The translations under genes and the position numbers were made by a program. DNA of 64,000 nucleotides, from assembly GCA_964291495.2 (NCBI GenBank), contig OZ219872.1:288001-352000 (forward strand), given 5' to 3'. The notes below the pieces were generated by a model. That model did not search any database, was not told where the DNA came from, and saw nothing but the letters and a program-made list of their open reading frames with translations. This document shows positions 58,881-64,000 of the stretch, piece after piece (the first letter of the stretch is position 1; each line of letters opens with the position of its first letter). The stretch is from Dehalococcoidia bacterium. Lineage in GTDB: Bacteria > Chloroflexota > Dehalococcoidia > UBA2979.

Positions 58881-59753
58881 TCAGCGGCAGCACCCAGGGG
58901 TAGTGTTATCCGCCTTCGAGAGTTGTTCGAGGAACAGCAGTTGGCCCGCATAGCCCGCGTGCTTGCCGAACTGACCTCGGACCCACTGCATCAGTTGCGC
59001 GTTCTTCGCTCCTGCTGTGTATCTCTGCTCGTAGTGCTCCTTCAGGCCGTTCTCGATATGCCTATCCACGGGGAACGCCTCGTCCATCCCGAGTGAGAAG
59101 AGGCAAACGCAGTCAGCGATCTTCGGGCCGATGCCCTCGTAGCTCATCAGCCCACCCCTGACGAGCCTGTACGGCAGACGGGTGAGGGCCTCGAGGTCCA
59201 GGCTGCCTCCATCCACGTCCCTGGCGAATGCGAGGATTCGCTTCTCGCGGCTCAGCCCCAATCGCATCGGCTCCAACTCTTGCTCGTCGACCTTCGCCAG
59301 ACGCTCAGCCGACGGGAACGAGTCGCAGTTCACGCCATCGAGGGTGTGGGGCTCGCCGTAGCACTCCGCGAGCGTGTTCACAATCTCGGTGATGCGCTTG
59401 ACGCTGTTGTTCTGGGAGCAGATGTAGGCGACGAGGCACTCCCACGGATCCTGCCGCAGGATGCGCATGCCGCCATACTCGTCGACTAACCCTCGCAACT
59501 TGTCGTCCTCGCGCAGCGCGTTGTGGACCGCCGCGATGTCCTGGTCGAGGCGGAAGTAGTGCCGGACGGCAGCAGCCAGCGACTCCTCGGCTGGTTTGCT
59601 GCGGAACTCGATCCCGCCTTCGCAGTTGCGCACCTTGATCAGGCGGCCCCCGACGAAGCCGTAGTACCAGCCGTCCCGTTCACACCAGCGGAAGGCCTGT
59701 GCCTGGAGCCACCTGAGGTCGAGTTCGAATGGCTGCGGGGCGGGCAAGTGCAA
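58881..59753 (-). CDS. OGG1-type 8-oxoguanine DNA glycosylase/AP lyase
   Basis: QAFRW, GMRILRQDPWECL, ICSQNN, GIGPKIADCV, FPVDRH, AGYAGQLLF. Confidence 0.9.
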   Translation of the reverse strand: MHLPAPQPFELDLRWLQAQAFRWCERDGWYYGFVGGRLIKVRNCEGGIEFRSKPAEESLAAAVRHYFRLDQDIAAVHNALREDDKLRGLVDEYGGMRILRQDPWECLVAYICSQNNSVKRITEIVNTLAECYGEPHTLDGVNCDSFPSAERLAKVDEQELEPMRLGLSREKRILAFARDVDGGSLDLEALTRLPYRLVRGGLMSYEGIGPKIADCVCLFSLGMDEAFPVDRHIENGLKEHYEQRYTAGAKNAQLMQWVRGQFGKHAGYAGQLLFLEQLSKADNTTPGCCR

Positions 59754-59813
59754 GGCGCTCCTCCTTCCATTCGAGCGAGCGCCCCGACCGGGCTCCCGCT
59801 CGCGACCCCTCGC

Positions 59814-60182
59814 TCAGTCGATCGGGGTCAGCCAGTGCTCGCCCTCGATCTCAACGCCGGATATCAGGAGAGCGTCGAGCGCGTTCACGAGGCGGCCGCC
59901 TGCTCGGATACCGGAACGGGTGCGGAGCCAGGTCTGGTCATCCGTGAAGATGCACGCCGGGTACAGGCGACCGGCTCGCAACTCTGCCTGGGCCATGGGG
60001 CGAAAGTCCTTGGCGTTCTCGGTGACGACCACTCGGCCCTCGGCCACGGCCGCCGCCAGGACCACGGCGTCAGGCCGGGTTCGGAGGTCGTGGCGTTCCG
60101 CGACCGAAATCACGTCATGCCCGCGCTCGCGCAGGGCCTGAGCGACAAACCGAGGCCACATCTCGTCGATGAGCAGCCTCAA
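59814..60182 (-). CDS. DUF5615 PIN-like toxin (VapC45-like)
   Basis: MRLLIDEM, LRERGHDV, D..VL..A..EGRVVVTEN..DF. Confidence 0.85.
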   Translation of the reverse strand: MRLLIDEMWPRFVAQALRERGHDVISVAERHDLRTRPDAVVLAAAVAEGRVVVTENAKDFRPMAQAELRAGRLYPACIFTDDQTWLRTRSGIRAGGRLVNALDALLISGVEIEGEHWLTPID

Positions 60183-60619
60183 CCGGTGGGCAGCTTCTGC
60201 CTACTGACCCACTCTGCTCTGGCTCGTTCCGAGTACTCCTCGAGGTCGCGGATCCACTCGTCAATCTCATCGCGATAGTCCAAGTAGTAGCGAATCGCGG
60301 TCCGCACCTGCTCGTGCTCCAGTTCCATGAATTCAGCTGTCTCGGCGGCAGCGCACTCAATGGCCTCGTCGGTATCGAGTGGCTGTTCCCGGAAGATCTC
60401 CGCGAGCACCCACACCTGAGGGCCGTCGGCGAGCGCAGGGCGTCGGCCGGTCGCGCCGTCGCGGAACACCACTCCCGGGTGCTGCGCCATGCGCAGCCCC
60501 TCTTCGACCAGCCGCTCCGCTGCTGCCGAGCGAGACTCACCCGTCCCACGGCTGTGCTCGGCCAGCCGCTCGTAGGTGTCGTCGCCGATGCTGACTGAGT
60601 GTCGGCGAGTCGCCATCAT
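60179..60619 (-). CDS. Putative antitoxin (RHH plus DUF433-like, VapB45-like)
   Basis: HPGVVFRDGATGRRPAL..GPQVW, VRTAIRYY..YRDEIDEWI; overlaps toxin start. Confidence 0.82.
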   Translation of the reverse strand: MMATRRHSVSIGDDTYERLAEHSRGTGESRSAAAERLVEEGLRMAQHPGVVFRDGATGRRPALADGPQVWVLAEIFREQPLDTDEAIECAAAETAEFMELEHEQVRTAIRYYLDYRDEIDEWIRDLEEYSERARAEWVSRQKLPTG

Positions 60620-60704
60620 GGTCCTCCGCAGTCAATTGTCGCCACACATCGTAGCACCGGCCCCCGCGCGGGCCCGCGCACGCGCCCCCTGCTACCCTAG
60701 TTCC

Positions 60705-61775
60705 ATGCACGAACGTATCGCGGAGATCGAGGCGCGCTTCGAGGAGCTGACGGGGCTCCTCGGTGACCCGGAGGTGGCTTCCGACCACCGCCGCATGGCC
60801 GAACTCGCCCGCGAACGCTCCCGCCTCGAGCCGATCGTCGAGCGCGGCCGCCGCTTCCGCGAGACCGAGGAGGCGCTCGCCGACGCCCGCGACCTGCTGC
60901 GCTCCGGCGACGAGGACGAACGCGAGCTGGCGCGCGAGGAGGAAGAGCGGCTGACGCCGCTGCTCGCCGACCTCGAGGACGATCTGAAGCTCGCGCTGCT
61001 GCCCCGCGACCCCGCCGACGAGAAGGACGCGATCATCGAGATCCGCGCCGGCGCGGGCGGCGAGGAGGCCGCGCTGTTCGCCGCCGACCTGTTCCGCATG
61101 TACCAGCGCTACGCCGAGCGCCAGGGCTGGCGGCTGGAGGTGCTCAACACCTCGGAGGCCGGCCCCGGCGGCTACCGCGAGATGACCTTCGAGCTGTCAG
61201 GCGAGGACGCCTACCGGCGCATGAAGCACGAGTCCGGCGTGCACCGCGTGCAGCGCGTCCCGGAAACCGAGTCGCAGGGCCGCATCCACACCTCGACGGC
61301 CACGGTCGCCGTCCTGCCCGAGGTCGACGAGGTGGAGGTGGAGATCGACTGGGCCGAGGTGCGGACGGACATCTTCCACGCTTCGAGCGCGGGCGGGCAG
61401 AACGTGAACAAGGTCGCCACCGCCGTGCGCTTCACCCACGAGCCGACCGGCATCGTCGTCGTCTGCCAGGACGAGCGCTCGCAGGCCAAGAACCGCGCGA
61501 AGGCGGAGAGCGTGCTGCGCGCCCGCCTCTACGACCTCGAGCGCGCGAAGGCCGACGCCGAGGTCGCCGACGCGCGCCGCTCGCAGGTCGGCAGCGGCGA
61601 TCGCTCGGAGAAGATCCGCACCTACAACTTCCCCGACGACCGCGTCACCGACCACCGCGTGCGGCTCACGAAGCACGGCCTCCCGCGCATCCTCGACGGC
61701 GAGATCGACGCGCTGATCGACGCCGTCGCGATGGAGGAGCAGTCCCGCCTCCTGCAGCAGGCCGCGACGACCTGA
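60705..61775 (+). CDS. prfA: Peptide chain release factor 1
   Basis: EIRAGAGGEEA, GVHRVQRVPET (PxT), GGQ, GDRSEKIRTYNF. Confidence 0.97.
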   Translation: MHERIAEIEARFEELTGLLGDPEVASDHRRMAELARERSRLEPIVERGRRFRETEEALADARDLLRSGDEDERELAREEEERLTPLLADLEDDLKLALLPRDPADEKDAIIEIRAGAGGEEAALFAADLFRMYQRYAERQGWRLEVLNTSEAGPGGYREMTFELSGEDAYRRMKHESGVHRVQRVPETESQGRIHTSTATVAVLPEVDEVEVEIDWAEVRTDIFHASSAGGQNVNKVATAVRFTHEPTGIVVVCQDERSQAKNRAKAESVLRARLYDLERAKADAEVADARRSQVGSGDRSEKIRTYNFPDDRVTDHRVRLTKHGLPRILDGEIDALIDAVAMEEQSRLLQQAATT

Positions 61776-61785
61776 CCACCGCCCG

Positions 61786-62700
61786 ATGGCGCGCGAGTCA
61801 CAGGGCCCCGAGGACACCGTCGGCGCGCTGCTGCTGGAGGCGGCGCGCGAGCTGGTCGCCGCCTGGGGCGCGGAGAGCCTCGATGAGGCGCGGCTGGAGG
61901 TCGACCTGCTCTACGGGGAGGCGGCGGGCCTGAGCCGCGCGCAGGTGATCGCGGCCGGCCGCGACACGCCGACGCCGGAGGCGCGCGCACGCTTCGAGGC
62001 GCTGCTGCGGCGCCGCATGGCGCGCGAGCCGCTGGCCTACATCCTCGGGCGCCGCGAGTTCCACGGCCTGACCTTCGAGGTCGGCCCCGGCGTGCTGATC
62101 CCGCGCCCGGAGACGGAGACGCTGGTCGAGGCGGCGCTGGCCGCGATCCGCGAGCACCCGAACGCCCGCCGCATCGTGCGCGTCGCCGACGCCGGCACCG
62201 GCAGCGGCGCGGTCGCGATCGCGGTCGCGCGGCATGCGCCCTCGGCGAAGGTCTTCGCGACGGACGCCTCGACGGAGGCGCTGGCCTGGGCGGGCCGCAA
62301 CCGCGCGCGGCTGGGGCCGATGGAGCGCGTCGTGCTGCTCGCCGGCGACCTGCTGGAGCCGATCGGCGAGCCGCTCGACGTGGTCGCCGCGAACCTGCCC
62401 TACATCCCGACCGACGAGTACGAGCGCCTGCCGGAGGAGATCCGCGCCGGCGAGCCGCGCCTCGCCGTCGACGGCGGCGACGATGGCCTCGAGCTGGTCC
62501 GCCGCCTCGTCGCTCAGCTCCCGGACCACCTCGCGGACGGCCCCGTCGCCGTCCTGCTCGAACTCGGCGGCGGCCAATCCCCCTTCGTCGCCGACTGGCT
62601 CACTTCAGCCCTCGACGGCGACGACGCCGGCGTGACTGTCGAGGTGCACCGCGACCTGGCTGGCAACCGACGGGTGTTGGAGGTGCGGCGGGGGTACTGA
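61786..62700 (+). CDS. prmC: Release factor glutamine methyltransferase
   Basis: REPLAYILG, VLIPRPETE, DAGTGSG, NLPY; follows prfA. Confidence 0.94.
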   Translation: MARESQGPEDTVGALLLEAARELVAAWGAESLDEARLEVDLLYGEAAGLSRAQVIAAGRDTPTPEARARFEALLRRRMAREPLAYILGRREFHGLTFEVGPGVLIPRPETETLVEAALAAIREHPNARRIVRVADAGTGSGAVAIAVARHAPSAKVFATDASTEALAWAGRNRARLGPMERVVLLAGDLLEPIGEPLDVVAANLPYIPTDEYERLPEEIRAGEPRLAVDGGDDGLELVRRLVAQLPDHLADGPVAVLLELGGGQSPFVADWLTSALDGDDAGVTVEVHRDLAGNRRVLEVRRGY

Positions 62701-62712
62701 GGGGTGAGAGAG

Positions 62713-63030
62713 TTACTCGTGCTCTTGTACGGGCAAGGGCTTTGCGAGAGGCGGCTCGCGCCGGAGGATTCGATCGGCCATGTCGAGTACCTCGTCGAGA
62801 GGAAGATCGCCATCGAGGCAACGCCGGTATGCCTTGTGCAGGGCGGAGTCCTGCCTCGCGGCCCCGACTGCGGGCGGCGCCCCCTCTGCCTCAACGCTCT
62901 CTCCCTCGCCATCCCAGCCGCCACGCAGGAAACCCCGCAGGTGATCAGCGAGATCGAGGACTGAGTCGAGGGAGCGCTCGCCGGCAAGATACTGCCGATA
63001 GGCCTCGCGCAGTATCGCGGTTCGCTTCAT
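62713..63030 (-). CDS. Hypothetical protein with internal two-fold helical repeat
   Basis: LREAYRQYLAGERSLDSVLDLADH vs LHKAYRRCLDGDLPLDEVLDMADR. Confidence 0.6.
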   Translation of the reverse strand: MKRTAILREAYRQYLAGERSLDSVLDLADHLRGFLRGGWDGEGESVEAEGAPPAVGAARQDSALHKAYRRCLDGDLPLDEVLDMADRILRREPPLAKPLPVQEHE

Positions 63031-63266
63031 GGCCGGGATCCCTCTCTCAACGTCAACAGCACGTCTCGTTCGTGCCAGATGGCCCAGTACCAGTGCCGCG
63101 GCTCCATCCGGTGGACGGGCCCGGGCTCGACCCCCGCCGTATGGACAGCAAGCGCACGGAGCGGGAGCGGTCCGCCTCCAGCATCGCGCAGATCGCCGAC
63201 GAGGAGGTCGCCTGCAAGGTTCACCAACCCGTGCTCACGCCGCAGATCCGCTCCCGGCTGCTCCAC
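63027..63266 (-). CDS. Hypothetical protein (5' end uncertain, possibly frameshifted)
   Basis: ATGA overlap with downstream ORF; frame stays open upstream through a CDIC motif without a start codon. Confidence 0.35.
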   Translation of the reverse strand: MEQPGADLRREHGLVNLAGDLLVGDLRDAGGGPLPLRALAVHTAGVEPGPVHRMEPRHWYWAIWHERDVLLTLREGSRP

Positions 63267-63418
63267 GACGTACGAGCAGATGTCACACGCATCGGGCGCG
63301 GGATCGGCATGGTTCTCAACCGGGACGCGGCACCTCCGCCCTGGTCAATACTGCGCAGGGAGTATAGCGGATGGTTCATGTGTGCCACAACCGGCGCCCG
63401 GAGGCCGCGCCCGCGCCC

Positions 63419-64000
63419 CTACCCCGGCATCTGCTGCGCGAGCTGGTAGATCTTCCCCTCCGTCTTGATCGAGGGGGCGATGACCATGCGCGCGGCGTGG
63501 AACTCGGCGATGGACTGGGCGCCGCAGGTGGCCATCGAGGTGCGGAGGGCGCCGACGAGGTTCTCGGTGCCGTCCGTGCGCGAGGTCGGGCCGGAGAGCA
63601 GCGTGTCCAGCGTGCGCGGCTGGCCGACGTGCACGCGCACGCCTCGAGGCAGCTCCGCGTGCGGCGTCGCCATGCCCCAGTGGTAGCCGCGGCCCGGCGC
63701 CTCCTTCGTCGCGGCGAAGGGGGAGCCGATCATCACCGCGTCGGCCCCGGCGCAGATCGACTTCGAGAGGTCGCCGCCGGTGCGGATGCCGCCGTCCGTG
63801 ATGATCGGCACGTAGCGGCCCGTGCGCTCGTGGTAGAGGTCGCGCGCGTAGGCCGTGTCCAGCGTCGCGCTCACCTGCGGGATGCCGATGCCCAGCACCT
63901 CGCGCGAGGTGCAGGCCGCCCCCGGCCCCACGCCGACGAGGATGGCGTGGATGCCCGTCTCCATCAGCTCCAGCGCCGCGCCCGTGTCGACCGTGTTACC
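63419..64000 (-). CDS. guaB: IMP dehydrogenase family protein (GuaB3-like), 5' truncated by window
   Basis: VGVGPGAACTSREVLGIGIPQ, IITDGGI, VMIGSP, HWGMA, NLVGALRTSM. Confidence 0.88.
   Translation of the reverse strand, partial: GNTVDTGAALELMETGIHAILVGVGPGAACTSREVLGIGIPQVSATLDTAYARDLYHERTGRYVPIITDGGIRTGGDLSKSICAGADAVMIGSPFAATKEAPGRGYHWGMATPHAELPRGVRVHVGQPRTLDTLLSGPTSRTDGTENLVGALRTSMATCGAQSIAEFHAARMVIAPSIKTEGKIYQLAQQMPG

Noticed and set aside
1-64000. Many long antisense or alternate-frame ORFs (e.g. 19786-22710, 36879-39596, 53595-57479)
   Set aside because: Shadow ORFs expected at high GC; each lies opposite a well-supported gene and has no motifs
1-64000. Frequent GCGATCGC (HIP1-like), CTCGAG and GTCGAC words
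   Set aside because: Explained by preferred codon pairs (Ala-Ile-Ala, Leu-Glu, Val-Asp); no enrichment test was possible
1-64000. CRISPR array, prophage, integrase or reverse transcriptase
   Set aside because: No regularly spaced repeats or hallmark motifs seen

Overview
High-GC bacterial chromosomal segment. Gene content and style suggest Chloroflexota, probably Dehalococcoidia (inference). Core genes: a PyrR-attenuated pyrimidine operon (pyrR-pyrB-pyrC-carA-...-carB-...-pyrK, with pyrD displaced), a radical SAM-yggS-proC-yggT/yggU cluster, LexA-boxed recA-recX-rny-ymdB, two cyclophilins, comM, rel, hisS, prfA-prmC, a partial IMPDH-family gene, and four tRNAs (Asn-GTT, Pro-TGG, Asp-GTC, Arg-CCG). 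Accessory or unexplained elements: (i) a ~9 kb integrase-free island (43197-52325) bounded by 175-bp direct repeats of the 3' end of a DinB-family gene, carrying a methyltransferase, VOC protein, peptide-type ABC importer, luciferase-like monooxygenase and a truncated IS481-like element; (ii) an unclassified ~225-nt multi-helix RNA candidate (28151-28374) beside a small Zn-ribbon gene with a near-consensus promoter; (iii) four non-pyr genes translationally coupled inside the pyr operon, one a frameshifted, degenerate 2H protein, plus a probable CTG start for carB; (iv) a toxin-antitoxin + OGG1 islet; (v) recurrent leaderless-gene architecture. All calls are from reading the sequence and ORF track; no database searches or folding programs were run.
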